Positions 26,169 to 36,400 of a stretch of 42,142 nt of DNA are shown piece by piece (within the stretch, counting starts at the first letter, position 1; every line of letters begins with the position of its first letter). The stretch covers positions 1-42,142 of the forward strand of contig JAAFHQ010000001.1 of NCBI GenBank assembly GCA_013298445.1, in the 5' to 3' direction. This DNA comes from Chitinophagales bacterium (GTDB taxonomy: Bacteria > Bacteroidota > Bacteroidia > Chitinophagales > Saprospiraceae). Position numbers and translations under genes: made by a program. The notes under the pieces were generated by a model. That model was not told the origin of the DNA. It was given only the letters and a program-made list of their open reading frames with translations, and did no database searches.

Positions 26169-28199
26169 ATGAGGAATAGATTAGCAAAATTTGGATTGAT
26201 GATCCTGAGTCTCCTGTCCATTGCTGCAATGGACCAACCTGCTGAAAACTTCAACGATTACCCCGTTTACGAGGGTACCGATCTCGGGCTTAGCTATACC
26301 GCCAAGTCTTCCACCTTCAAAGTATGGTCGCCTCCTGCGGCTCAACTTGTACTCCGCTTTTACGAGCAGGGCCTGGGTGGAAAAGTTTCCAAAACTGTAA
26401 AAATGAAAAAAGGCCCCCAAGGTACCTGGGTGGCTGTGGTAAAAGGCAACCTGCAAGGTCGTTATTATACGTTTCAAGCCCAGATCGGTGGCAAATGGTA
26501 CGACGAGGTGCCCGATCCTTATGCTTACGCGGTAGGTACCAACGGCAAAAGAGCACAAGTCGTGGACCTAAAAACGACCAATCCTTCCGGCTGGAATTAC
26601 GATACCCGCCCCAACCTCAAAAATCCTACCGATATCATTTTGTACGAGTTGCACTTGCGTGATTTATCCACTCACCCTTCTTCGGGCATCAGCAACAAAG
26701 GCAAATACCTGGGGCTGACCGAGGAAAAAACCCGCAACCCCGAAGGCCAGTTCACCGGACTGGAGCACCTCAAGGAGCTGGGCATCACCCATGTGCACTT
26801 GTTGCCCGTTTTTGATTACCTCTCGGTCGACGAATCGAAACTCAACGAACCTCAATTCAACTGGGGTTATGACCCTCAAAACTACAATGTGCCCGAAGGC
26901 AGTTACAGCAGCAACCCAGCTGATGGGGCAGTGCGCATCCGCGAGTTCAAACAAATGGTGAGTGCCTTGCACAATGCGGGTATCAGGTTGGTGATGGACG
27001 TGGTGTACAACCACACGGGAGCTACCGGGCCTTCCAACTTCAACCAATTGGTACCGGGTTATTACTACCGCCAAAATGACAAGGGTGGTTTTTCGGACGC
27101 TTCAGCCTGTGGCAATGAAACTGCTTCGGAGCGCCCGATGGTCCGAAAATTCATCATCGAATCCGTTTTGCATTGGGTCAAAGAATACCATGTGGACGGC
27201 TTCCGCTTCGACCTCATGGGCATTCACGACATCGAAACCATGAACCAGATCAGCAAAGCGGTACATGCTGTTGATCCTACCATTTACCTCTACGGGGAAG
27301 GTTGGACAGCCGCGGCCTCTCCCCTACCCGACGATCAAAAAGCCATCAAAGCCAATGTACTAAAGTTGGACAAAGTGGCAGCATTTAGTGACGACATGCG
27401 TGATGCCATTCGGGGCCATGTCTTTACCCATACCGAAAAAGGCTTTGTCAGCGGCAAGCCTGGTTTGAAAGAAAGTGTAAAATTTGGGGTAGTCGCTTCC
27501 ACCTGGCATCCCGAAGTGGATTATTCCAAAGTCAACTATTCCAAAGCCCCCTGGGCAAATAGCCCCGATCAAACCATCACCTACGCCTCCTGCCACGACA
27601 ACCACACCCTCTGGGATCGCCTGGCCATCAACAATCCCATGTTGCTGGACGAGGAACGCATCAAAATGTACCGTTTGGCCATCTCCATGGTCCTCACTGC
27701 CCAGGGTGTGCCCTTCCTGCATGCGGGTACGGAAATGGTGGTCACCAAAAAGGGCGAGGAAAACTCCTACAACAAACCCGACGAAATCAATCAGTTGGAT
27801 TGGACCCGAAAATACCAATACAAAGAGATTTTTGATTACACCAAAAACCTGATTGGCCTGCGCAAAATCCATCCAGCTTTCCGCATGACCTCAGCGGCCA
27901 TGATCCGGGAACACTTGAAGTTCCTCCCCACGGAGGACGATAACCTGACCGGTTTTCTCATTTCCAACCACGCCAACGGCGATCCCTGGCATACCATTGC
28001 CGTGATTTACAATGGTTCAGATAAGGTACACCCGGTCATTTTGCCCTATTCAGAGTGGAAAGTAGTGGGCAACGGCATTGCCATCGACATCAAAAATCCA
28101 CCCGTAATTCGCAACTCTGGTGTGTTGGTTCCCGCATATTCAGCGTTAATCCTTTATTCTGCAACTGCTCCTGGACAAAGTGGAGGGATGGAGAAATAA
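26169..28199 (+). CDS. pulA: Type I pullulanase (GH13, CBM48), secreted
   Basis: FNWGYDPQNY, MDVVYNH, DGFRFDLMG, YGEGW, YASCHDN; N-terminal signal peptide. Confidence 0.95.
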   Translation: MRNRLAKFGLMILSLLSIAAMDQPAENFNDYPVYEGTDLGLSYTAKSSTFKVWSPPAAQLVLRFYEQGLGGKVSKTVKMKKGPQGTWVAVVKGNLQGRYYTFQAQIGGKWYDEVPDPYAYAVGTNGKRAQVVDLKTTNPSGWNYDTRPNLKNPTDIILYELHLRDLSTHPSSGISNKGKYLGLTEEKTRNPEGQFTGLEHLKELGITHVHLLPVFDYLSVDESKLNEPQFNWGYDPQNYNVPEGSYSSNPADGAVRIREFKQMVSALHNAGIRLVMDVVYNHTGATGPSNFNQLVPGYYYRQNDKGGFSDASACGNETASERPMVRKFIIESVLHWVKEYHVDGFRFDLMGIHDIETMNQISKAVHAVDPTIYLYGEGWTAAASPLPDDQKAIKANVLKLDKVAAFSDDMRDAIRGHVFTHTEKGFVSGKPGLKESVKFGVVASTWHPEVDYSKVNYSKAPWANSPDQTITYASCHDNHTLWDRLAINNPMLLDEERIKMYRLAISMVLTAQGVPFLHAGTEMVVTKKGEENSYNKPDEINQLDWTRKYQYKEIFDYTKNLIGLRKIHPAFRMTSAAMIREHLKFLPTEDDNLTGFLISNHANGDPWHTIAVIYNGSDKVHPVILPYSEWKVVGNGIAIDIKNPPVIRNSGVLVPAYSALILYSATAPGQSGGMEK

Positions 28200-28245
28200 T
28201 CTTAACTTCGCGCGGATTTTTATTTTCCTTGTTAAATTAATCAAA

Positions 28246-28818
28246 GTGAAAAATCAAAGCATTTTACTACTGAGTTTGTTGCTCTTGCTGGGCTTTGTAG
28301 CCTGCAAAAATGACGGGAAGAACGACGGGGACACCAAAGTTTTGGGCCCCAATGACGTATTTGAAGTGGATGCGCCACCCATCACTGGCCCAGAATCGAT
28401 TGCCGAAGTCGAAAAACTGGTCAAAAGTATTGATGGGGTAATGGATAGTATGAATGTGGCTGGTCCCAATTATGTCTTTAATGGCAACGAAAAGACCGAA
28501 GTGATGGTCTATTCCTACGAGGGAATGCCACAAATGATTTATTGCAAAGCACCAAACCTGGAAAGCTGGTACTACCTCAAGGACCGCCGCCCAGTGTACC
28601 TGAAGGAACTTGTTTTGACTGAAGATGGTTTTGTTCAAAACCGCTTTTATTACGGTCCGAAAGAGCTCATCGGTGCCGAAAGTCGCAAAGGTGCTTCACC
28701 GGATGCGACCAACGACGGCGCTGCCAAAAGATATCGTGGTGCAAAAGACGATTTCCGCCTGTCTGGCGAAGCGGCGACTGGTAAGGTTTTGGAATATCTT
28801 TATGGTAAAATGAAGTAA
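28246..28818 (+). CDS. Hypothetical lipoprotein
   Basis: Start refined to GTG 28246 (MKNQSILLLSLLLLLGFVA|C lipobox), followed by a K/D-rich tether. Confidence 0.8.
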   Translation: MKNQSILLLSLLLLLGFVACKNDGKNDGDTKVLGPNDVFEVDAPPITGPESIAEVEKLVKSIDGVMDSMNVAGPNYVFNGNEKTEVMVYSYEGMPQMIYCKAPNLESWYYLKDRRPVYLKELVLTEDGFVQNRFYYGPKELIGAESRKGASPDATNDGAAKRYRGAKDDFRLSGEAATGKVLEYLYGKMK

Positions 28819-28931
28819 GTTGAGAAGTTGAGGGGTTGAGAAGTTTAGGCTACCGCGAGCGACTTAGGCAAGGACATTGTCAAAATCGCTCGCGGCAGCC
28901 TAAACTTCTCAACCCCTCAACTCCTCAACTT
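28817..28931. repeat. 49-bp-arm inverted repeat with octamer (GTTGAGRR) tandem flanks
   Basis: 28817-28865 vs 28883-28931: 46/49 complementary, 17-nt loop, followed by a T run. Confidence 0.9.
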
Positions 28932-28937
28932 TTTTCC

Positions 28938-28945
28938 TATTTTTG
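28938..28945 (+). promoter_or_regulatory. -7 element TATTTTTG for argS-glnS
   Basis: Matches TAnnTTTG, 28 nt upstream of the argS ATG. Confidence 0.6.
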
Positions 28946-28973
28946 CCACTCAATCTACAACATACCCGGACAA

Positions 28974-30818
28974 ATGAACATTGTCAACATCATTCAGCAA
29001 GGCGTCGTCCAAGGCGCTGCGCAATTGTACAATCTGGAAATCAAGGCGGAAGACTTTCCCCTGAGCACGACCCGTAAAGAGTTTGAAGGAGATTATACGC
29101 TCGTTGTTTTCCCTTTTACCAAACACGTCAAAAAAAGCCCCGAGGCCATCGCCCAGGAATTGGGCACTTTTTTGGTGGAAAAGGTTCAGTACATCAAGGA
29201 TTTTAACGTCATCAAGGGTTTTTTGAACCTGGTGGTCGACGATCAGTACTGGCGGGAGTTTTTAGAAGACATTTACCAAAATCCACAATACGGCACCCAG
29301 CCAGCCAATGGCCGCAAGGTGATGGTGGAATATTGTTCCCCCAATACCAATAAACCCTTGCACCTGGGGCACATCCGCAATATCCTGCTGGGTTGGTCTG
29401 TGAGCAAAATTTACGAAGCAGCGGGTTATGATGTGGTGCGGGTGCAAATCATCAATGACCGGGGCATTGCCATTTGTAAAAGTATGCTGGCCTGGAAAAA
29501 ATTCGGCGCTGGTGCTACGCCCGAATCGACAAATACCAAAAGTGACCACTTTGTAGGCGACTTCTACGTGTTGTTTGAAAAGAAATTCCAGGAAGAATAC
29601 AAAACCTGGCAGCAAAGTGAGGAAGCCCTGGCCATTTACACCGAAAAGAAAAAAGGCGAACAAAGCCCTGAAGAGTTTTTCAAAACCTACAAGGACCAAT
29701 ACTTCAACCTATACAGCACCCTGGGCAAAGAAGCCCGCGAAATGTTACTCGCCTGGGAAGCCCACGATACGGACACCATCGAGCTTTGGAAGCGGATGAA
29801 TGGCTGGGTGTACGCTGGTTTTGATTCCACTTTTGACAAACTGGGCGTCACTTTTGACAAACTTTACTACGAATCCAATACCTATTTGCTTGGGCGTGAA
29901 ACCGTCGATCAGGGTTTGAACTCGGGAGTCTTTTTTCGGCTTGAGGACGGCTCGGTGTGGATCGATTTAGAGGACGCCAAATTGGATAAAAAATTGGTGC
30001 TGCGCAAAGACGGCACCTCGGTATACATCACCCAGGACATTGGTACCGCCCAAATGCGTTACCAGGATTTTGGGGCGGAGAAGATGATTTACGTGGTTGC
30101 CGACGAACAAAACTACCACTTCCAGGTGCTTTTTGAGATCATGAAACGCCTGGGTGAGCCTTATGCTGGTGGTTTGTACCATTTGTCTTATGGCATGGTG
30201 GATTTGCCGAGCGGCAAAATGAAATCGCGGGAAGGTACCGTAGTAGATGCCGACGACCTGATTGCTGAAGTCGTTCAGGAAGCCTGGGAGAACAGTAAGG
30301 AACGGGGCTCTTTGGCCGATATGACCCCAGAAGCGCAACAGGAAGTCATTCGTAAAATTGGTTTGGCCGCTTTGAAGTTTTTCATCGTCAAGGTGCATCC
30401 CAAAAAACGCATGATTTTTGACCCCAAAGAGTCGGTCGACTTGCAAGGGCAAACGGGGCCATATGTACAAAACGCCTTCGTACGTTGTAGTTCCATGCTC
30501 AACAAAGCTGGAAATCCCGACCTGAGTGCCGCCAAGGAGTACACTACCCTGGAAACTGCCGAAAAGGACATCATTGCCCAACTCTACCAGTTCCCGGAAA
30601 TGATCAAGCAGGCTGCTGAAACCTACGACCCCTCTATGGTGGCGATGTACAGCTATGAACTGGCCAAGGCTTTCCACCGCTTCTGGCACGATTATCGCAT
30701 CCTGCAAGCAGACTCAGAAGCGGCCAAAGCCTTCCGGATTCAGTTATCGATCTCAGTGCGGAATGCCCTGCGGATGGGTCTGGATTTGCTGGGGATTGAG
30801 ACGCCGGAGCGCATGTAG
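28974..30818 (+). CDS. argS: Arginine--tRNA ligase
   Basis: Start refined to ATG 28974; VEYCSPNTNKPLHLGH, GKMKSREG, C-terminal LGIETPERM. Confidence 0.97.
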   Translation: MNIVNIIQQGVVQGAAQLYNLEIKAEDFPLSTTRKEFEGDYTLVVFPFTKHVKKSPEAIAQELGTFLVEKVQYIKDFNVIKGFLNLVVDDQYWREFLEDIYQNPQYGTQPANGRKVMVEYCSPNTNKPLHLGHIRNILLGWSVSKIYEAAGYDVVRVQIINDRGIAICKSMLAWKKFGAGATPESTNTKSDHFVGDFYVLFEKKFQEEYKTWQQSEEALAIYTEKKKGEQSPEEFFKTYKDQYFNLYSTLGKEAREMLLAWEAHDTDTIELWKRMNGWVYAGFDSTFDKLGVTFDKLYYESNTYLLGRETVDQGLNSGVFFRLEDGSVWIDLEDAKLDKKLVLRKDGTSVYITQDIGTAQMRYQDFGAEKMIYVVADEQNYHFQVLFEIMKRLGEPYAGGLYHLSYGMVDLPSGKMKSREGTVVDADDLIAEVVQEAWENSKERGSLADMTPEAQQEVIRKIGLAALKFFIVKVHPKKRMIFDPKESVDLQGQTGPYVQNAFVRCSSMLNKAGNPDLSAAKEYTTLETAEKDIIAQLYQFPEMIKQAAETYDPSMVAMYSYELAKAFHRFWHDYRILQADSEAAKAFRIQLSISVRNALRMGLDLLGIETPERM

Positions 30819-30840
30819 AGACGCAAATTATTGCTACTCT
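30815..30840 (+). repeat. Degenerate GTAG-family REP overlapping the argS stop
   Basis: GTAGAGACGCAAATTATTGCTACTCT shares GTAGAGACGCA with the REPs at 9239-9300. Confidence 0.5.
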
Positions 30841-30888
30841 GTTTTGAGAAAAACTACTTTATCATTGAATCCCTACAACCAAACAAAT

Positions 30889-32568
30889 ATGAGTGCCGAC
30901 AATCCATTGCTTGAAAAAGAAGAACGTTCACTGAATTTTATCGAGCAAATCATCGAAGAAGACATTGCCAACGGCAAACACGCTGGTCGGATTCACACCC
31001 GCTTCCCACCAGAGCCCAATGGCTATCTCCATATCGGCCACGCCAAGGCCATCACTGTGAATTATGGCATTGCCCAACGTTTTCAGGGTAAATTCAACTT
31101 GCGCTTTGACGATACCAATCCGGTTACCGAAGATGTAGAGTATGTCGACAGCATACGCGCCGATGTACGCTGGTTGGGTGCCGAGTGGGACAATGAGTTT
31201 TATGCTTCGGATTACTTCCCTCAATTGTATGCGTATGCCGTTGAGCTGATCAAAAAAGGCCTGGCCTACGTCGACGATTCCACTAAAGAAGAAATCGAAG
31301 CACTGAAAGGCAACCCAGCCGTACCTGCGCAAGCAAGTCCCTACCGCAGTCGATCCATTGAAGAGAACCTGGACTTGTTTGAACGCATGAAAAACGGGGA
31401 ATTCCCTGATGGTGCCCGCGTACTGCGTACGATGGGTGACCTGAGTTCGCCCAACATGCACATGCGTGACCCCATCATGTACCGCATCAAACACGCCCAC
31501 CACCACCGCACCGGCGATCAGTGGTGCATCTATCCGATGTACGATTTTGCCCACGGCCAAAGTGACTCAATCGAAGGCATCACGCATTCCTTGTGCTCTT
31601 TGGAGTTCATTCACCACCGCCCCTTGTACGAGTGGTACATCGAAAAGCTGGGCATTTTCCCCAGCCGTCAGATCGAGTTTGCCCGCATGAATGTGGCGTA
31701 CCTGATCACCAGCAAGCGCAAACTGCTCAAATTGGTGACTGAAGGCCATGTGACTGGCTGGGATGACCCACGCATGCCTACCATTTCCGGGATGCGTCGC
31801 CGTGGTTATCCAGCCCAAGGCATCATCAATTTCTGCGAACGCGCCGGGGTAGCCAAACGCGACAACACCATTGAATACGGCTTATTGGAGTTTTCGGTGC
31901 GCGAAATCCTGAACCAAAAGGCCACCCGTGCCATGGCAGTGCTTGATCCCCTCAAGGTGGTCATTCTCAATTATCCGGAAGGCCAGGTAGAGCAGATGGA
32001 GATTGAAAACAACCCTGAAGATCCTAACGCCGGGCTGCGCAGCATTCCTTTCTCTCGTGAAATTTACATTGAGCGGGAAGACTTCATGGAGGAGCCGCCT
32101 AAAAAGTTCTTCCGACTTTCGCCCGGTGGGATGGTGCGATTGAAAGGAGCTTACATTATTCAGTGTGATGTCGTGCTAAAAGATGAGAATGACCAGATCA
32201 CTCAACTATTTTGTACTTATTTCCCGGATAGCCGTTCGGGTTCAGATACTTCTGGCCTAAAAGCCAAGGGGGTACTGCACTGGGTATCGGCGGCCCAAGC
32301 CATTGATGGGGAAGTCCGGATGTACGATAAGCTGTTCACTGATCCAGAACCAACCAACCACGAAGACCGCGATTACCTGGAGTTTGTCAATCCCGACTCG
32401 CTCAAAGTAATCCCGAATGCCAAATTGGAGCCCAGTCTGGCCCAGGCCAACGCTGGCGACAGTTTCCAATTCTTGCGGATGGGGTATTTCTGTGCCGATC
32501 AGGACACTACAGCGGAGCACCCTGTGTTCAACCTTACGGTGGGTTTGAAGGATGGCTATAAGCCTTAA
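30889..32568 (+). CDS. glnS: Glutamine--tRNA ligase
   Basis: Start refined to ATG 30889; TRFPPEPNGYLHIGHAK, YPMYDFAH, SKRKL, WDDPRMPT, FQFLRMGYF. Confidence 0.97.
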   Translation: MSADNPLLEKEERSLNFIEQIIEEDIANGKHAGRIHTRFPPEPNGYLHIGHAKAITVNYGIAQRFQGKFNLRFDDTNPVTEDVEYVDSIRADVRWLGAEWDNEFYASDYFPQLYAYAVELIKKGLAYVDDSTKEEIEALKGNPAVPAQASPYRSRSIEENLDLFERMKNGEFPDGARVLRTMGDLSSPNMHMRDPIMYRIKHAHHHRTGDQWCIYPMYDFAHGQSDSIEGITHSLCSLEFIHHRPLYEWYIEKLGIFPSRQIEFARMNVAYLITSKRKLLKLVTEGHVTGWDDPRMPTISGMRRRGYPAQGIINFCERAGVAKRDNTIEYGLLEFSVREILNQKATRAMAVLDPLKVVILNYPEGQVEQMEIENNPEDPNAGLRSIPFSREIYIEREDFMEEPPKKFFRLSPGGMVRLKGAYIIQCDVVLKDENDQITQLFCTYFPDSRSGSDTSGLKAKGVLHWVSAAQAIDGEVRMYDKLFTDPEPTNHEDRDYLEFVNPDSLKVIPNAKLEPSLAQANAGDSFQFLRMGYFCADQDTTAEHPVFNLTVGLKDGYKP

Positions 32569-32649
32569 TAATTAAATTTGTACGGAACCAAAAGTATCCT
32601 TAAACTTGTTTTATTATCTGAACTTTCTTGAACAAAAACCCAATTAAAA

Positions 32650-33360
32650 ATGAATGAATATCCTTTTGTAAGTGACCAGAGACAAACTTCCATCGAAGCG
32701 GAGCAGGCTCGTTTCATTACCAAAGTATACGGCTGGATGTCGATTGGCCTGGCACTGACGGGTACAGTGGCTTATTTTGTAGCCAGTTCTCCAATTTTGC
32801 TCCAAATGATTTTTGGAAATAGATTGGTATTCTGGGGACTAGTCATCGGGGAGCTATTGATGGTGGGCTATCTGGCTGCTGCCGTAACGCGCATGTCCGC
32901 AGCCACGGCTACGCTGGTATACATGCTGTATGCGGTGCTCAACGGGGTGACCTTGTCGGGCATCTTTATCATGTACACGGGCGCGTCTATCGTGGGCACC
33001 TTCTTGATAACGGGAGGAACTTTCGCAGCAATGAGCGCTTACGGCTATTTCACCAAACAGGACCTGACCAGAGCGGGTAATTTGCTCTATATGGCCTTGA
33101 TCGGTTTGGTGATTGCCACAGTTGTGAACATCTTTTTCCGCAACCCGATCATGTACTGGATCATCACCTATGCGGGTATTCTGATCTTTGTAGGCTTGAC
33201 GGCTTATGATACCCAGAAGATCAAGCAGATGAACATCATTGGGAATGAGGGCACCGAAGAGGATCATAAGGAAGCCATTATGGGGGCCTTGACGCTGTAT
33301 CTGGACTTTATCAACCTGTTTTTGTACTTATTGAGGTTGTTCGGACGCTCAAATGATTGA
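32650..33360 (+). CDS. Bax inhibitor-1/YccA family membrane protein
   Basis: KVYGWM, LTAYDTQKIK, GALTLYLDFINLFLYLLRLFG; about 7 TMs. Confidence 0.95.
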   Translation: MNEYPFVSDQRQTSIEAEQARFITKVYGWMSIGLALTGTVAYFVASSPILLQMIFGNRLVFWGLVIGELLMVGYLAAAVTRMSAATATLVYMLYAVLNGVTLSGIFIMYTGASIVGTFLITGGTFAAMSAYGYFTKQDLTRAGNLLYMALIGLVIATVVNIFFRNPIMYWIITYAGILIFVGLTAYDTQKIKQMNIIGNEGTEEDHKEAIMGALTLYLDFINLFLYLLRLFGRSND

Positions 33361-33368
33361 TAAAAATT

Positions 33369-33414
33369 GGGCCCTGTTCAGGAAATTCTTCCTTCCATTT
33401 TTGAGCAGGGCTCC
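33369..33414. terminator. Possible terminator hairpin between convergent genes
   Basis: gggccctgttca...tgagcagggctc imperfect stem with a long loop. Confidence 0.35.
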
Positions 33415-33456
33415 AGCTTTTCACTGACTACTTTTCCTTTCTCTGGTTTAGTCACC

Positions 33457-36400
33457 TTACCCAAAAGCCTGGTACTTCTTCAAAATCTTATACAACTGCT
33501 CTGGCCGAAACGGCTTAGTAACACAATCATTGAAACCACAATTCAGGTATTCCTCCTGAAATTCGACTGAAGCCTCAGCTGTAAAAGCAATGATGGGGAT
33601 GTTGCGCTTTCGATCATCGCTAAATTGTCTAATCACCTGGGTTGCTTCTTTTCCGTCCACATTGGGCATTTGAATGTCCATGATGATCGCATCAAAATCA
33701 TCTTTTTTTATACAATCAATAGCCTCTTGGCCATCTTGTGCAAGGGTATATTTTGCTCCCCATTTTTTCAGAATCGCGGTTAACACAAGTGCATTCACGT
33801 CGTTGTCTTCAGCAATTAAAAAGGTCATTCCTTGCAAGTTCATAGGTGGTGTAGCAGGAATATCCGCAGCATTTGCAGCGGAGAGAATGCCATGTTTATC
33901 GTAACTCATTTCCACTGAAAAAGTTGATCCCTGCCCGAGACGGCTTTCTACAGAGATGTTTCCACCTTGCTGCTCAACCAATTTTTTACTGATGCTTAGG
34001 CCCAATCCTGTTCCTCCATATTTTCGGGAAGTACTCACATCGGCCTGGGTGAAATCATCAAAAACTTGCTCGAGCTGTTCCGCAGCAATCCCCACACCAG
34101 TGTCTTTTACGGTGAATTTTACCCGTACACTACTTTTCGTTTCCTCCATTAAGTGATAGGCCAACTCCACCGAGCCCTTATCCGTGAATTTAATGGCATT
34201 GGATAAAATATTAGATAGAACCTGGCTAAGTCGGAAATAGTCACCGATTAAAAGATGCTTGATGCGCGAATCGGGAACAAATGTCAATGTTATGGTTTTG
34301 TCCTTGGCACTGTTTTCAAAAAGCCGGAATACATGTGAAGTTACTTTAGCCAAATCGAAAGGAATACGTTCTAAAACGAGTTTTCCTGACTCGATTTTTG
34401 AAAAATCAAGAATGTCCGAAACGATGCTGGACAGGTGTTGGGCCGAAAACTTTAGAGTATCCAGGTATTCACGTTGAGTAGGGCTGAGTTGTTCTTCCAT
34501 GAGTAAGTCAGCAATGCCGATCACCCCATTAATCGGCGTCCTGATCTCGTGGCTCATGCTTGCCAAAAACTCTGATTTAGCAATTGCGGCCTGTTTCTGA
34601 GCCGTAACGTCTTGGTCTGTCCCTTTCAGACCTATGATCTGCCCCTCACTATTTCTGATCGCCTCTCCGATACAAGCGATATATTTCACCCGGCCATCCT
34701 TAAAAATTGCTCGATGTTCAACATGGAATTGTACTCCTGTATGCACAGTATTTTGTATGGCCTCATCCAGTTTGATGAGATCCACAGGATGGCATTTTTC
34801 CCGCCATGCTCCAAGCAACTGCTCATCAGGACAATTCTCCAGCTCAAAGATGCGGTATGTTTCTTTTGACCAATGCAATTCTCCGCCCGACAGATTGAAT
34901 TCCCAGCTGCCAACCTGGGCAATGGCCTGGGCTTCTTCATACAATGCCTGGCTTTGCAGGATTTGAGCCTCAGCCCTTTTGCGTTCGGCAATTTCTTCTT
35001 GCAGCTTGATGTTCTTTTTTCTAATAATATTGTATAAAAATGCGCCAACTATTAATAAACAACTTACCAATATTAAAATGATGACAACCATAATATTGTA
35101 GTTGCGCTGACTATCTATTTCGGTCTGCTTCAGGATTAATGCCTGTTCCCTTTGTTTGCTTTTAAGTTCAATGTTTTCGAGGTCAAATAAACCTCTTATT
35201 TCGGCAATTTTCTCTGCGCTGGTTGTATTGTACAAACTGTCATTGGCATCAATAGCTAAATAGAGGTATTTGTTCGCGGAAGAAATATCGCCCGTTTTTT
35301 CTCTCAATTCTGCAAACAACAAATTTACATCTCGCCTTAACTCTGGCGAGGCTGTTTGATTTGCCAATTGTAAAGTCTTCTGCAATAAGCGTTCAGCAGT
35401 GCCATAATCACCTTTTAAAATGGCCAAGGAGGCTATTTTTTTATACCCCAATCCTATATTCACCACGTTGCCCAATTCCTCATCTAGTTTCAAACTTTTG
35501 TCGGCGTAAAATATGGCTCGATCGATTTGACCATTTTTCTCGTATACTGAGCCAAGGTTGTAATAGCTATCAGCCATTCCTGAGCGAGACTGTAATTTTT
35601 GCCTGATGCCCAATGCCAATTCGTGTTCAGCGATTGCTTTTTCATATTTTCCTTGAGCGTTATAGAGTGAACCCAGAATAGAATGGACACGAGCAATCCC
35701 GTAATCATCTTGAATAGTCGTTCCAATTTCCAAAGCTTTATTCGCAAAATTTACACATTCTTGGTCATTGAATTGTTTGAAATAAAGCCAGGCAACATCA
35801 GAATAGGCCCAACCCAGATCTTTCTGAAGCCCAATGCGCTCAAAGATTTCCACGGCATCCAGATAATATTTAAGTGTACGGGGTAACTCTCCACGTTCCA
35901 AATATATTTTCCCGGCTAAAATGCTCATGTCAGCCTTAATATCTTCATATTGTTCTATTTCTTTAAGGGAAAGGACTGCTTTGAGGTGGGTTATTGCGGC
36001 GGCATTGTTCCCCATATTGAATTCTACATGAGCAAGGTGATAGAGAAAATTAAATTTCACATAGCTGTAGGCATTTTTGGGTATCAATGGCTCAGCCTGT
36101 TTCAAGTATGCATAGGCCTTTTTGTATTCATCTTTTTTATTTTCTATTGCCCCAAGTTCACTAAGTAACTCAGCCTGGTTCATTTTTGCGTTGTTCTTTA
36201 CTGCAATAGCATAAAGATCTTCCAAAACCCTTTTGGATTCATCGAACTGATTCTGTTCAAATAAAAAACTGGAATAGCTGAAATAGCTGTAATATTTTAT
36301 TTTGTAGTGATTCTCGTGTTCGAGCAATTTAAGCGCTTTCTGGAAACGGACTTTAGCCGAATCGTTATTGGATTCTTCCAGGTAAAGATTCGCTGCAATA

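Noticed and set aside
26169-28199. Starch polysaccharide utilisation locus
   Set aside because: No SusC/SusD pair or other GH13 genes adjacent; the pullulanase stands alone.
28817-28973. T-box or attenuator leader for argS; N-terminal extension of ArgS from 28836
   Set aside because: No T-box consensus, and the TAnnTTTG promoter lies downstream of the hairpin. The extension is simply the repeat read in frame.
30655-30888. 78-aa N-terminal extension of GlnS overlapping argS
   Set aside because: The sequence is not protein-like; ATG 30889 after an A-rich leader gives a normal GlnRS N-terminus.
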